A stretch of DNA of 64,000 bases, from positions 56,244,123-56,308,122 of the forward strand of contig NC_057719.1 in the NCBI RefSeq assembly GCF_004010195.1, in the 5' to 3' direction. Made by a program: the position numbers and the translations under genes. The notes beneath the pieces are model-generated. The model saw only the letters and a program-made list of their open reading frames with translations. It had not been told where the DNA came from and did not search any database. Source of the stretch: Chiloscyllium plagiosum (Eukaryota). This document shows, piece after piece, positions 24,280-38,235 of this stretch (position 1 is its first letter; every line of letters starts with the position of its first letter).

Positions 24280-25000
24280 GAAGCATCATCGTCTATGGTT
24301 TCCCCACAGAAGAGGATGAGTCTCTCCCACTCTCAGGGTGATTCCATATGTGGCTAAACAGATGATGTAGCTACCACAGGTTCTGTTAAACGTGGGAGCA
24401 GGTGGTGATCTCAGGAAGAAGTGAGTGGGGCATCGGCCTGGCCTCTGCTACTTCCCCTTGATGGCAAGTCTCAAGGTACTCTGCACCTTCCCAAATGCCC
24501 CTCCTCCATTTTGGACGGCCTTGGACCAATAATGTGAGAATGCTGTACATCACCAGTGAGGCCAAGAGGGTTTCACTGAAGCACTTCCTCAATCCATCCG
24601 GGGGGTCACCTGTCATTTCAGAGCTGGGAGTAAAGTGCTTGCTTGGGGAATCTCATGTCGGTCATGCGGATGACATGCCTAATCCATCGTAGCCGATCAA
24701 GGGTGGTCAGTGCCTCAATGCAGGGATGTTGGCGCGTCTTTCTTCCAGCAGGTTTGCAGGATCTTGCACAGGCGCAGTGGTGATGCTGCGTTGGCACCTT
24801 GAGGTACCTACTGGAGACAGTACATGTCTCAGAGCCATGTAGGAGGGCAGGAACCACCACAGCTCCATAAATCATGAACTTGATGTCGGATCTGATGTTG
24901 TCCTCAAACACCTTTTACATCAGGTGGCGGAAGGCCGCACCAACACACCGGAGGCAATGCTGGATCTCTTCATCAATAGCAGTTTTGGCCAAAAAGAAAG
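24280..25000 (-). mobile_element. RTE-clade LINE 3' fragment
   Basis: IYGAVVVPALLHGSET and LRWIRHVIRMTDMRFPKQALYSQL, typical of RTE ORF C-termini. Confidence 0.8.
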
Positions 25001-27994
25001 TTGAGGGCTAGAAAGCATCTCTCTTGGGATTACATTAAGTAGTCACAGAATTATTTAGCTATGAAATTCCCTACAATTCAGTAAATTTCTAAATTTTGCT
25101 GTCAGAAATAACTCCACAAACATTGGTACCCTGTCAACAAGTTACCCTTTATTTACATGTGCATAGTATAAGACACTGATCCAGCTAGCTCAAAGCCAGC
25201 TCAGAGTGAACAAAACCTCAAACTCCTGGGTTTTTTTTAAAAACAGCTTCAAACGAATAGAAATAAGCAGAAGGAAAACCCAGGAAACAAACAAACAAAC
25301 AAACACACAATAACCAATAAAGAAAAAGAAAAATTCAAGATAAACTCCTCCTCAGTAGGAAGACACCAACAGCAGTAAATAAGATACACTGACTGTGTGG
25401 TTCCAGGCTGTTCATAAAAATCTCTGGTTCATTAATGTCGTTTGGGGAAAAATGTCTACCGTCCTTACCTAGTTTGCCCTACATTTAACTCCAGACCAAC
25501 AGTAATGTGGGTGACTCTTACTTGGCCCTGAAATGGCACAGTAAGCCAGTCAGTTTACGGGCACTTAGAGATGGGGAATAAATGCTGGCTTTTCTATTTA
25601 CATTTCTATTTTTTGTCAGCTCTGATAAAAGATTATCAACTTCAAACATTAACTCTTTCTCCTGTAAGTACTGCCTGACTTGCTGAATATTTCACCTCAA
25701 ATTATTATTGTTATTGTTAGAGAAAATATATATTCCAACTCTCAAGTGATCAGGCAAGTAAATGAGGAATCAAATTGGAGGTTTTTTTGGAGGGAATTAT
25801 TATGCTACTGCAATTAACTTTATTCACTAAAGAAGTTGCACCTAAAATGTTACTTCTTTCATACTTAGAAAAAGAACAGTCTTCATTACCTATTTAGCAG
25901 TTTAGATATTTTCATCTGTTTGGTTCTGTTGCAAGAACTTTTACAATGATCAACCAGAATCCAAGATGCATATATTGTAAATTTTGCTCATTATATTCAA
26001 GGGAAGTGATCTAGGCACTGCTGAAAATCAAAGAAAAAAATGAATGTCATTCACAACATCTAATCCACTCGAAGCTTTCCACTGTGACTTTTCAGGTACC
26101 TATCTTGAAACAAAATCTGCACAACCTCAAATCTATATGGAATTAGAACTAGACGGACAGCTTCAGCAGGTCTCCATTAAAATGTAATTTTTTGTTAATT
26201 AACCAACACAGCTATAGTGGGCTTCATATTAAAATTTTGATTAATGTTCTTTATTATTTCTGTTCATATTTTGAAGAATATTCCTACATTTAATTAACTT
26301 GTACATTATTTTAAAACCAGAAAGTAAACCCTGGTCTTTCCTCTCCCAAGTGCGGAAACAAAAAGAAATTTTGCTAATTTTATGAGTTATTGCCATAAAA
26401 AGTCTTTTCATTGAATCCTGTATTTTGAAGCACAGAATTTATTTTAATTCTGTTTCGCACCACTCTATCAACCACCTGGTTTAAGGCACAATTCCAATGA
26501 AATTTACTCTATATCAAATATTGATTTTGCTGTCCCACAGGATTCATGTTTGTTGATCAATAATTCACTATTTATGAATAACTTACAAAATAGGCACTAT
26601 ACCTTTCTCCTTTAAATTTGTCATAATCATCCCTTTCCCCAAAGGGAAAGGCTCTGACCTTGCTGTTCCTGAAAACTATCACCCCATCTCTAACGTTCCA
26701 AGGACCTTGAACAAACTGTCACCTCCCAAACCAATGCCCATCTTTCCCTGAACACTTTTAATCCAAACAGATTTCAGTCCCTACACCTACTCTGCTGCTG
26801 ACAAGGCGGCTAGTGCAATATTTTACCTAGCTCAATGTCATGCAGGGGGGTGGGGGGGTGCGGCAGCGGCTCTGGCCCGATGAGTCGATTCTCCTGCTCC
26901 TCGGATGCTGCCTGACCTGCTGTGCTTTTCCAGCAACACACTCAACTAGTAACAAAGTCAGCCAGCTGGACCTTAGAGAAAACAAGTTTCCTGATTGGAC
27001 CAGATTAACAGCCTGATGTAAAAGGATGCATGTCAGGGATATTAAGGTCCTGAATGCCTGACTGACAAGCAGAACTATTGTCAAAGACTATTTATTTATA
27101 AATAAAGGGTGAATGGTGCCAGGATGACAGCCTTTGAAGAGTTTAAAGTTGGTTAATTGATTGGATCACTGAGCCATGAATCAGTTATCTGTCCAATTCA
27201 AAATGCCTCCACTTCATTGAGAATCCAAAGTTACCCAAATGCTGTTTTGGTTAAGCGGCCTGGCCAGATGCTCGGGTGTCAAAATAAACCATCTAGAGTG
27301 TAATGCTTGAGATTATATATCAAACTTCCTGTCACCAGAACAGCTCCCCAGCTCATCTTTGAATAGGGGCCGAGGGCTTGTCATGTTGTGGGGTTTCAGT
27401 CAGGGCATCAGTATAACGTTTCATCAAGACAATATTCATCCAGTGTTGCACTGAAGTGTCAGCTTAGATTATTTGCTTGAATGTCTGGAGCAAAGCTTTA
27501 TGCCATAACCTTCTGGCTTCAAAGGGAAACTGCTACTACTGGGCTGAGGGATTACAGGAAAGACAATAATAAGCTATCAAGCAGAAAAGAAATGCAAGCA
27601 AATTTACTAAGGTTCATCATTAGTGCCTTAACTACTGAAGTGATGCTGTGCAACCTAAAGTGTTTCCCCTGTGTACAATGAGTACAACAAATGACAGACT
27701 AACAAAGCAAATCACTTAAGATTTGGGTAAAGGCAAAATGTTTAAGATTACTTCGAGTAAACACAAACCCCCGAAAAAAAATTCACAATGCCAAGTACAA
27801 GAGGAGTTTGTTTGCCTCCTAACAGTCCAAAATCTTGATTAGAGTTCATACTTTAGGAGTGCAGTTCAGCCTAATTAGTACTCAAATCCACATTTACTTC
27901 CTGAATTGAATTTTCAGTTCACATTAGTCTTCTTACTACACAATTTTCCATGAATCAAGATATAAATGCAATAAATTATACAAGGATACTAGTG

Positions 27995-28625
27995 AGAGAG
28001 CCACTGTCCCCTACATCAAAGGCATCTCGGAAATGACTGCCAGACTTCTCAGACCCCTTGGCATCATGGTAGCCCATAAACCCACCAATACATTAAAACA
28101 GCAGCTAATGAACTTGAAACACCCTATTCAGACAACAAGCAAAAACTAATGTTATTTACAAAATACCATGCAAGAACTGTAACAAATACTACATTGGACG
28201 AACATGCAGAAAACTAGCCACCAGGATACATGAACATCAACGAGCCACAAAACAACAACATGACCCTCTCTCACTAGTATCCTTACACAGATGAGGAAGG
28301 ACACCACTTCGACTAGGCCAACACATCCATCTGAGGACAAGCCAAACAGAGACATGCACGAGAATTCCTAGAAGCATAGCATTCCAACCGGAACTCTATC
28401 AACAAACACATGGACTTGGACCCCATTTACCATCCAAGAAAAAGAACAGGAAATGATGTCACCACAGGAAATGATGTCACCAACCCAAGGAAACCCAAAC
28501 ATAGAAATAGAAAGCAGGAAACACCAACAATGCTTTGTCCAGAGGATCACTGAAGATGTTACCCAGTATGGTGTTAAGATGTCCGAAAATGAACCTTCCA
28601 GCTCAGCTAGCAAACCTACATCCAC
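27995..28625 (+). mobile_element. Decayed Penelope-like element (GIY-YIG region), related to 22560-23190
   Basis: LPYIKGISEMTARLLRPLG and VIYKIPCKNCNKYYIG remnants; degenerate hammerhead-like CTGAAGATGTTACC near 28550. Confidence 0.85.
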
Positions 28626-28761
28626 ATTTGACTGCCTGGATACAGAACTGGCTGGCCCATAGAAAACAAGGGGTGGTAGTAGATGCAATGTATTCAGTCT
28701 GGAGCTCAGTAACCAGATAAGGGAAAACGCTTTCAGGATGGCTACTTATAGAGTGCCACAG

Positions 28762-28807
28762 TTAGATTAGATTAGATTAGATTAGATTAGATTAGATTAC
28801 TTACAGT
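28762..28807 (+). repeat. (TTAGA)n microsatellite, SINE-tail derived
   Basis: About 7 TTAGA units followed by TTACTTACAGTG, the same tail as the SINE at 43160. Confidence 0.85.
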
Positions 28808-28839
28808 GAAATTTACAATGTATGAATAACTTTCATGAG

Positions 28840-29800
28840 GAAAGTAAATATACTGTAACCATGTTTGTAAATGACAAAAAAATGTGGTTAAATCAAATGA
28901 TGAGTCTGCCATGGGATATAGCAATGTTAATTGAATAGGCAAAACTTTTATAGATGGAACAGAGTATGGGAACTGTAAAGCTGGGAAAATAGGGCAGATG
29001 AATATTTAAGTGGAGAAAGATTGCAGACAAGGTAGAGAACGAAGGGACTTGAGCTGGAAAAGCGCAGCAGGTCAGGCAGCATCCAAGGAGCAGGAGAATC
29101 GACGTTTCGGGCATGAGCCCTTCTTCAGGAATTTGGCAAAGGGATTTGGCAGTCCTTGTGCATAAATCACAAAAATCTAGCATCTAAATTCAGCAGGTAA
29201 TAGGGAGTGTTGTTTTTTTTTGAAAATGAATGGAGTATAAAAATAACTTATTGAAACTAAACATGCCACTAATCACATTACACCTGGAATACAGTGAGTA
29301 ATTTTGGTCCCTTATCCAAGGAAAGATATAGTGGCATTACAGTCAATCCAGAGAAGGTTCACTAGATTGATCCCAGGTATGAACAACTACCTTATGAGGA
29401 GAAATCAAATAGGTTAGCCTATACTCAATGGAATTTAGAAGAACAAAAGGAGAGCTTAATGCAACATACAAGATTCTTAAGGAACTGGAGAGGGTAGAGT
29501 AAAATGGTCATTTCTCCTTCTGAGAAATTCTAGGACCAACCAGCATTTTCAGAATGAGGGGTGACCCATTTAATGTAAAGCCAAGGAATGTTTTCCTTCA
29601 TACTGCAGTGAATTTGGGGAATTCCACACTGCAGAAAACTGTAGAGGCTGGATCAGTAAAGATTTGTCTATATGAGCCTTGAAGATATTTAATCAGCAAG
29701 AGAATCAAGGATTATTCGAAAAGTGGAGTTGAATCTTATTGAATAAGAGAGTAAACTAGATGGGCTGAACGGCCTACATCTGCTCCTACATTTTATGGTC
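28840..29800 (+). mobile_element. Decayed CR1-type LINE 3' part, with a short hammerhead-bearing insert at about 29030-29131 (minus)
   Basis: HLEYSE/FWS remnants; tail GGGCTGAACGGCCTACATCTGCTCC. Confidence 0.7.
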
Positions 29801-30073
29801 ATTCCATAATTCAATGACTCTGCATAAAAATCTCCTCCTATATAATCCCTTCACTCTCAATTGTCTTTTAAATGGACCAACCTCTACTACCAATTGAAAT
29901 GTAATACTGTAGTTACAATAAAAACTTTTTTAAAAACCAGTTAAATCTTCAACTGATGAGCCAATTTTTTTTTGCTGTTCTATCAGTTATATTTCATAAC
30001 TTAATTCTTTCCAGATCAACAACATGTGGCTCTGTGAACTCATTTATTTATTCAAATTAACTAGACATTGTAC

Positions 30074-30157
30074 CTTAGGTGCATGTTCCAAATATTGTTT
30101 CCCTGCAGACATCTGAGTCAAGAGGCGGAATTTATTGTCTTGGAGCACATAAATACC
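30074..30157 (-). CDS. TRAPPC6B: TRAPPC6B exon 4 (GIYVLQDNKFRLLTQMSAGKQYLEHAPK)
   Basis: ttacag acceptor, AAG/gtacaa donor, 84 nt. Confidence 0.96.
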
Positions 30158-30259
30158 CTGTAAAGTTAAGTTTGAAGGTATCAACACATTTACAAGACAA
30201 TGTCATAGCAATCTATATGTTATGATAAAACTCAGCATTACACATTAAACTAACTTAAT

Positions 30260-30460
30260 TGACTCCAAGGGGGGTACTGCATTGCCATATGCATCATTCT
30301 TTGGTTGAGACACTGAACATAAGGCCATCTTCCTATAATTCAAGGAAATTCTACAAATTCCATTGGCACTATTCAAAGAAAAGCAGGGAGTTCTGTGCCC
30401 TAGTCAGCATGTCCACTTTAAATGACAAAAATAAAATGAATTGGTCAGTCATCCGATTGT
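30260..30460 (+). mobile_element. Degenerate Deu-domain SINE (SacSINE1/AmnSINE1-like)
   Basis: GGCACTATTCAAAGAAAAGCAGGGAGTTCT resembles the Deu core as recalled. Related antisense remnants at about 20405-20500 and 27340-27490. Confidence 0.5.
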
Positions 30461-30870
30461 AGAGGATGCCACAGTAATAAAACACAAGTTCCTGCCTGCA
30501 GTTCTTCAGATGGATCCTGTTCATGGTTTTACAGAAGAGGGACTAACAGTCCCATTTTCTTTCGTAAATTGTCAGTTGCGTTTCTCAGGTCAATTTGATG
30601 GTATCACTACATGAAACCTAAAAAAACGTTATAACTACAGAATTTTATAGAGCCAAGGAAGTCAGTTTTCTTAAAATGTTATCCACCGAGTCACAATGTT
30701 CTGTCCTTTCCTCACATCATTTTAGATTCTTCTTACCTACTCGTTTTGCACTAGATAAAGTACACAGAGATCCGAAGAGGAGAGACGAAGTTAGACCTCA
30801 GATAATGGAACCACATTTTCTTAACAAAATAAAATATGACAAGCCAACTTGCATTTGCACTTGTTCTAAT

Positions 30871-31546
30871 TGTTATGGTCCAGACCAGAATCCACCCTCC
30901 AGCCAAAGTATATAATGGAGATAGCCTTTACTTTTATATGTTTAAAAGGCAAGTGTAAGGCATTGTGTTCCAGATATGGTTCGACTGGTCCACCACTAGA
31001 CTTTAATCAAAACACATTTTATTGTTACAACACAGTAAAAATACAACAAAAAAATTAGTACAACTTTCTTGAAATACTTAATGTATATATTGGTTACCCA
31101 CTAATCATCAACTGTTCCAATATAGGCAACTTCCCATAAACACACCCTTGGCAAAGGCGATTCAACAACGTTATTAAATCTCTTGTGTTGCCTCTCTCCA
31201 GTCCAGTAGAAAGAAATAATCTGCCCCTTTTGATTTTCAAAGAGGATGCATCTCTATCTAAGATTTCACTCGAGCAGCAGAGAACTCAAGCTTTCAACTC
31301 CAGTAGCCAGCAAAACCTACTCAACTAACTGAAAGCAAAACTAAAGTCTTTGGGTCTGAGAGCCTGACCCCACTCACTCATGATTAGTTTGTCTTACATT
31401 TTAGAAACAAACACCCAGGGAGAATTCAAAAGCAGTTTACCAACTGCCTGTCTGAATTTTGGTGGCATTTCAGCACCACCGTGACAACGCTCCTCTGCAA
31501 GAGAAACAGGACAGAACCCATCTCTATAAGGCACAATATCATCACA
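30871..31546. mobile_element. Probable solo LTR
   Basis: TGTTATGG start and ...ATCATCACA end; similar to 3028-3870. Confidence 0.5.
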
Positions 31547-31559
31547 GATTCCTAAAGCA

Positions 31560-32015
31560 TGAAAACAAATCTTTCAGTACAGCCAGTCCACGGGCAACCA
31601 TAATCCCAAACTAATCTAGTCCCACAGTCTTGCACTTGGCTGATATTCCTCCGTGCATTTCTTATTAATGTACTTATCCAAAATATCTTTTAAACATTGA
31701 GGAAATGGTGGATGCAGTAACAAAGTTTACTCCACACACAAACTAAGTCCTTTTTAAAATCTTTTTCCTCTCCCCTTAAAAATATGCTCCCTCGAGTTGA
31801 AATCCCCCACCCTAGGGAAATGACACCTGCTCTCCAGCTTATTTATACCCCTCCTGATTCTATAGACTTCTGAGGTCACCCCTCAACCTCCTATGCACCA
31901 GTGAAAAAAGTCCCAGTCTCTACTTATGCCTCAAACCCTCCATTCCTGACAATATTCTGGTAAATCTGTTCTGAACCCTGTCTAGCTTGATAATATCCTT
32001 CCTATAACAGGGTGG
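31560..32015 (-). mobile_element. CR1-type LINE 3' end
   Basis: Clear similarity to 1030-1520 (ATAATCCCAAACTAA, CTTGAAATCCCCCACC). Confidence 0.75.
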
Positions 32016-32116
32016 AGGCATATGTCATTATTTATTTTGCCAGCTATAATCAGAAAAATTCATTTTTAAAAATGGAGTGACTGAACTAACAAGCTTTAAA
32101 TATACAAATTACTTAC

Positions 32117-32234
32117 CTGATGATTAGTCCGAAGATTGTCAATCTGTTTTTTAAATACACTGGTCCAAAAATCTTTACAAATGAATTTCATGACATCCAG
32201 TTCATCTTTGAATCGTGCAGTATCTTTAGTAAAT
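32117..32234 (-). CDS. TRAPPC6B: TRAPPC6B exon 3 ([39 protein letters not shown])
   Basis: ttacag acceptor, CAG/gtaagt donor, 118 nt; hallmark KFICKDFW...[10 protein letters not shown]. Confidence 0.97.
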
Positions 32235-33987
32235 CTGTAATAAAATCAGATGAATTATGAACATCCAATTACATTAAAAGTGAACATTATTATCTAAATA
32301 CTGTTTCAAAGCTGGGATAAGTACATAAGCAAAGTGTAAAAATAGCATCCTGCAAACACTAATTTCACAAAATGAAGAATTCAACTTATAAATTTGTCTT
32401 TAAATGAACTGCTGGCTACTTTTAGCAGTGACGTAATTTAAAATTTAAAGCAGGCATGAGTGGAACACATGAAGTTGACAGGGCTTGAGCTTTATTGATA
32501 TAATCTATCTATATTGATGTCAATAATTTCTTTAATATCAGCTCCTTCCCAAATTAATTCTAACCAATATTGATCATTGCTATATTTAGTGCCAATACAG
32601 ACAAAGAGCGAGTTATTTTTATATCAAAGCAATTATGGATAGAAGTTGATGATTGGTAACATATTCAATTCTGTATTTTAAAAGTATAGAGCTCCCATAC
32701 TTTATTGGCAGCAACACTAAAATACACACACTCAAGTATTGTAGATTTAATAACAATACTTTTGTGTATTGGTGGAAGTCTGTGACCTGGAATCAGTGAT
32801 AAATATTTGCAGCCATTCTATGGTATCATTCCGCATAAAATGTATGATGTGGTCTGAAGCCTTTGAACCAGTGTTTATCTGTGTTTCAAATCCTATTCTA
32901 GAAAGGAAGACAAACTGCAGAGACATTGCTCAAAACACAGGAACACACATCAGAGAGGTGCTTTGCAAAGTATATTTTTTTTTAAGTTGCCCGATATGCA
33001 AACATTGGCCGTCTAAAGGCACAGGATCCATCAATTACAGATATAATACACTGGGAATTCTAGAAACAAAAACACAAGATAACCTAAGCCACCACACATG
33101 CAACTACTGGCAGCAATTACATTACTGAATTAGAGAAACTGACAGAGAGATAAGATTAGGAAACTACTCAAAGAAATTATTGATGGGGAGGAACTGGAAG
33201 GCACAGAACCGGTTGTTCCTGATGAGTTCACAAAGGCTGGAATGGAGATGGTTTTGAACTGCTAACAAAATAGCTCCAGTAGGTATTGAGGAAAAAAATA
33301 GATTGCTTCATATTATTTCCATTACACAGGAAAATACCACAGGTGCTTAAATAAAAAAGTAAAAAACAGAAAATGCTGGAAATACTTCTCTGACAGGTCC
33401 AAAAGCAATTTATGGCATATGGTTTGTTTCGTTTCTAAACAATAAAATGGCAGTCAATTCAAATTAGTTATATTTCTGCTGTAATAAATCATACTTATCA
33501 TATTGGTTAGCCTCATAAAATAATATTTTATACCTTGCTTAACAGGGTTTGCTATTGTGATGTTTGACTAATTCCAGATTTTTTTTTTAAAAGTCAAACT
33601 CAAACCAAGCAAAATTTGGAGCTAGTGCTGCAGAATTCTCTCCAGCCTGTACTCCCTGAAAAATATTCCAGCAAAGCAATTATGAATTAGCCCTAATATT
33701 TCTTGAATATGTACAAGATATATAATCCCACAGAAGTGACAATTCCATGTGGCGCAAGCTTCTTGCTTTATGGCCAGCAAAATAGATATCCAAATGCTAA
33801 ACAATTGAGTTGAAGACTTGACTATGCATTACAAATGCAAAAAATGTTACTTATTTTTAATTCCTGTTTTTCTTCCCACCCCTACAAAAAAAAGTGTACT
33901 AATATGATTTGTGATCAGATAGAACAATTAGGATACAGACCACTAATTTATTGTTCAATCGCTTCAAAAGCTGCCACTGCTTGCTAC

Positions 33988-34055
33988 CTTTCAATTAGTC
34001 CTTGTCCCACTCTGAATCCCATGTTTTCCAATTTGGTGACACATCTTCCACTTTC
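33988..34055 (-). CDS. TRAPPC6B: TRAPPC6B exon 2 (ESGRCVTKLENMGFRVGQGLIE-R)
   Basis: ttttcttag acceptor, AG/gtagca donor, 68 nt; LE.MGFRVG motif. Confidence 0.96.
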
Positions 34056-36164
34056 CTAAGAAAAGGAAATAAGTATTTAGTTGCATAACTTATGTATTGC
34101 CAAAGCACATGGAGGAATTTATGTACTCGTAGATTAGATTTCTCACTTAAGAGTTTTCATGTATTAAAATAATTTATTGACTGAATAAACTGCCCCATAT
34201 GAAAATAACTTTCATTTTATGTTGTATAGTAAATGATGCAATGTTTTGATATGCCAACATGCACCAATGATGCCTTACTAAATGAGTTTCAATTGGCAAG
34301 TTAAAATTCAATCCTCTTAACTCGAAGTTTCTTACCTTGAGAAAAACAAACATGATAGCAAAGTAAATCTAAGTACAAATTCCAGTCAAGTTGTATCTCA
34401 TTAAATTCAGATTCCTATCTTAGAATTATCCTGCTCTCTGAACTGACTAATTAACATTCAAAAACATGAACCAATTTTAGAAGTTTAAATACTTTAAGTA
34501 GGAATAGAAATATTTGCAACTTTAACATCCAAGTCAATGCAACAACATTCTAGAACATTTCAAGTTTCTGCAAGCTTTGATATAACACACAAGTGGACAT
34601 GGCTTTCTACTTGGAGATATCGGTTTTGAAATTCTAATATTTCAAAAGAAAGACACTTTCAAATATTTTGTTGTTGAAGTAATGGAAAAAAAACTAAATC
34701 AAAAAACAAAAATCAGCAGAATCATCACCAAACTATTGACAAAATTACTATTTATGCATAAACAGATTCTAGCTACTAGTAAACAGCTATGAAACGTCAA
34801 CATAAGACTCTTTGTTAAAACACTAACCCCTTCTAAAAACACCTCTTACACACAGATAGACAACTCAATATTGTTATGGTGGAGAGAAATACTGAAAAGG
34901 GGTCCCTGTTGAAGAGGTTCAGTGAGATTATTCCTTTAGTGTGTTAGCACTTCTGCTCCTTGATTTTCCTTCTCCAAGTACTTTCACTTGCTTGCAGGAG
35001 GCAAATGGCAACTATTTCACAAGAACATTTCTCTGATTTCTTGTTTAAATGCCACAGCTTAATCAAATGAGGAGGAAAATAAACTGTGTTTTTTCCTTTG
35101 CAGTAAGAACAGCTCCTTCCTTTCAGGATGTCTGGTGACTTTCAACCCAAACATTCACACACAAAAGTCTATAGTACTATAGTTGGCAGACAGAACACTT
35201 CTCCGGTCAAAACTGGCCAACATTCTCAAGACCAATCAGCTACTTGTGACTGGTCTTGGCTCCAACCTGTAAATAGACTTCCCTCACTGCTTAAACAAAC
35301 AACAATGTACGAAGCACTTACAATGAGTGTCAGGTAAGTTGTTTTTATAAAGTCTAATAATCCTTTCCACAACCCTTGATTGTTAAAAACAATAATTTTC
35401 CTATTTCAGTCTACAATCAAAAGTACAGAAAAGATTGCATCTTAAGTTAATGATTTGTGGTGTTGTAAAGCTAAATAAATTGTAGGGCTTTTTGTTCATA
35501 AAATACACAAAACCAAGTGTGTAATGTGTAAGACAGAGTGACAGTGACAGAGAATCAAAAACGAAAGAATTTTGGATGCTGGTGTTAGGTTCTTTTCCCG
35601 AGGTTTCACACACAAGATGCAATTCACACATACCAACTTCGGCAAATAGTTAAAGTTTATTAAAGCTTGTACAAGCTAGGTAACCCCTTTGACCCTCTTT
35701 GTTGGTCACGCGAAGTTGAGTCAGAGGCCCCAAACAAAGCACATCCCCTTTATTCAGGTCAGTTGGTAATGCTCACAGATACTCTGTCCACTCCTACCCA
35801 CCCACCCCCATAATCATGTTACCCTGGATACAATAGGAGGAGGTGGTCATCCTTGGAGAGAATTTAAATGTAAATGCCATAATCATGGGGAATTGTTATG
35901 CAAACAATCTCCTCACTCAGTGATCCCCAAGACAATGTAGGTGTGATTTGTCCTAGCTTCAGGGGATGGCTATGAAAGCATTTCTGAATCGAAGGGATTG
36001 AATGGGAGTTTAATTTGATAAAAGGCGGAGAGTAGTGGTAAATGGCTGGCCAAATGAAGTGTGAGTCATCCACATTCCTGCATTAATGTCAATTCCCCCC
36101 CCCCTTTAACATTACAATAATGTTAAGAGAGATAGTACAATTTAATTTTTCAACATTACACTGG

Positions 36165-36690
36165 AAATCAGAAATAAAACTAGAAATTGACGGAGAAATT
36201 CAGCAGGTCTGGCAGTTTCTGTGGAGAGAAAACAGAATTAACACTTCAGGTCCAGTGATCCTTTGTCAGAACTGACAGCTAGGAAAACATTTGTATATAT
36301 GCTAAAGGGATGGAAGGAGTGAAAGAGAAAAAAATAGTTGAGCAGACAAAAGGGATGGGTGAAAGTCAGCCTGGGAGAATGACTAGTTACTTATGCGCCT
36401 GTTAATGGCTGACAATGGGTTATCTGGAGTAGCAACTCATGTGAAGACAGGGCCTGATGTGTGGGGGTTGGGTAAGGATACAGGAAAAGATGCTTAGGCC
36501 CCAAAATTATTAAACTTTATAGAGTCCAGAGGTTGCATGATTCCAAGCAGCAATGAGATGCTGTTCTTCCAGCTTGCACAGAGCTTTACAGGAGCACTGT
36601 AGCAAGCCCAAGACAGAGATGTTGGCCAGGGAACATGGTGTTGTGTTGAAATGGCAGGCAACCAGAAGCTCGGGGTCATTTTTGTAGAAT
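36165..36690 (-). mobile_element. Old Penelope-like element 3' end
   Basis: Minus frame reads HFNTTPCSLANISVLGLLQC...KLEEQHLI, like Penelope endonuclease C-termini; degenerate hammerhead-type tail near 36240-36272. Confidence 0.6.
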
Positions 36691-37745
36691 TACTCTCACT
36701 CATAGTAAGAATCATCATATTGTATTTCTAACCAATTGAAACAACAATAAAATGGAGAATTAACCTCCAGTTACAATAAGAAAGAGAAACATTGAAAAAG
36801 GATATTGTAAAATGCAATGATATTCTTTTACAGCACAAGTTGATGGCTATGAATCACTAATATCAAACGTTAACTCAAGTTAATGAAAATTCAGGTACTG
36901 ACAGGTACACTTGTAATGTTAGCTTAGCATTACTAAATCGCCAATACTAATTCAAAGATATGTTAATGTGAATATTCTACATTTCTTCAGGTTAGGATCT
37001 TAACAGATCATTGAAACACACCTTTACAATATCTGAATATTACCATTTTAAAGTATATAGTCAAAAAAGTTAGTTAGCATAGCAAACATTTTCCAGGTAG
37101 AGTTGCATTTCACAGTTAATAAGTTAAAATAACAACAGTATTCATATTTGCACCTCTAGAGGTAGTTTCTTTATGCTAGCAACTACCTGACCAGGTAACT
37201 GAAATAAATGAGAAAAAAAAGTTCACTGTGTTCAAGTTGACTCAGTGGATCTACTCTAAATTCTATTTTGTTTACTGACAAGATAAAAATCTCCCACGAT
37301 TTGTCAATTAAAAGTAAAGCTTACCATCTATTTTCCAATGACACTCTAAATCAGTCACAATATTTGCATTCTAATGTCCTGCCCTATGGTTAATTCGATC
37401 ACTGACACCTGTTACAAAAATTGAGCAATGGTTGGCAACTCAGTAATAGAAGTAGTTTTAAGAATTAAAATATATTCAAAATTTGAGAGCTGCTGAATAA
37501 AAAACACATGCTGTCAAAGCTTTATCTTGCACTGATCACACTTGAATCACAAGAACACCAAATGTTAAAGGGAATAACAATTTATACTGCTGGAGAAGGT
37601 GGTACTCAGTTGTTTGACAAATGAACTCTGATTAGCAGAATCGGTGCTATATACCAGGGAACAGTTAAGTACCAAACTTTTGATTAAATTCAAACCAGGC
37701 AAGTTGATTGACTGGTCAAGTCACTGCCATTAACAAGCACCATTG

Positions 37746-38133
37746 CAGGTCTGAAGATCTCCTCGTGGGTCTGCTCCTGGGCCTGGCCAAACTGGCCATC
37801 AACTGGTCAAGGCAGCGAGCAGTGGAGGGGGTTGTTAGGGCCGACTGCCTGCCCCTCTTCCGCGGTTACGTTAGAGCCCAGGTGTCCTTGGAGAAGGAGC
37901 ACGCAGTGTCCACCAACACGCTGGAGTTGTTCAGGGAGAGGTGGGCGCCGTGGGGAGTGAAGTGCATTATTTCCCCCTCCAACTCTCTTTTGATTTAGTC
38001 CCTACCCTCCCCTTCACTGTTTTGATCACACAGCATTGCCCTTCGATGTGAAGGGCACTGCTTGTCACTGGCCACTCGGGTGTTTTCCTATCTTCCTGGT
38101 GGTGGAAATTGAATTTTAAAAAAAAGAAAAAAA
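37746..38133 (+). mobile_element. 5'-truncated Tx1/L1-clade LINE with poly(A) tail and TSD
   Basis: ORF end LLLGLAKLAINWSR...FRERWAP; A-tail from 38118; near-identical flanks AACAAGCACCATTG (37732-37745) and AACAACGCACCATTG (38134-38148). Confidence 0.8.
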
Positions 38134-38235
38134 AACAACGCACCATTGGCTGTCCCCAAGCTTCTGTATGATTGAAAAAGTGTGAATGCATGGATGTGTT
38201 CTGTTTGCATACATTAAGAAATCTTCATGACATTG

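Noticed and set aside
28447..28481. Tandem CAGGAAATGATGTCACCA duplication
   Set aside because: Short tandem repeat within a decayed Penelope 3' region; no independent significance seen.
28762..28800. (TTAGA)n as telomere-like or CRISPR-like repeat
   Set aside because: It is the expanded tail of the local SINE family; it is not TTAGGG and has no spacers.
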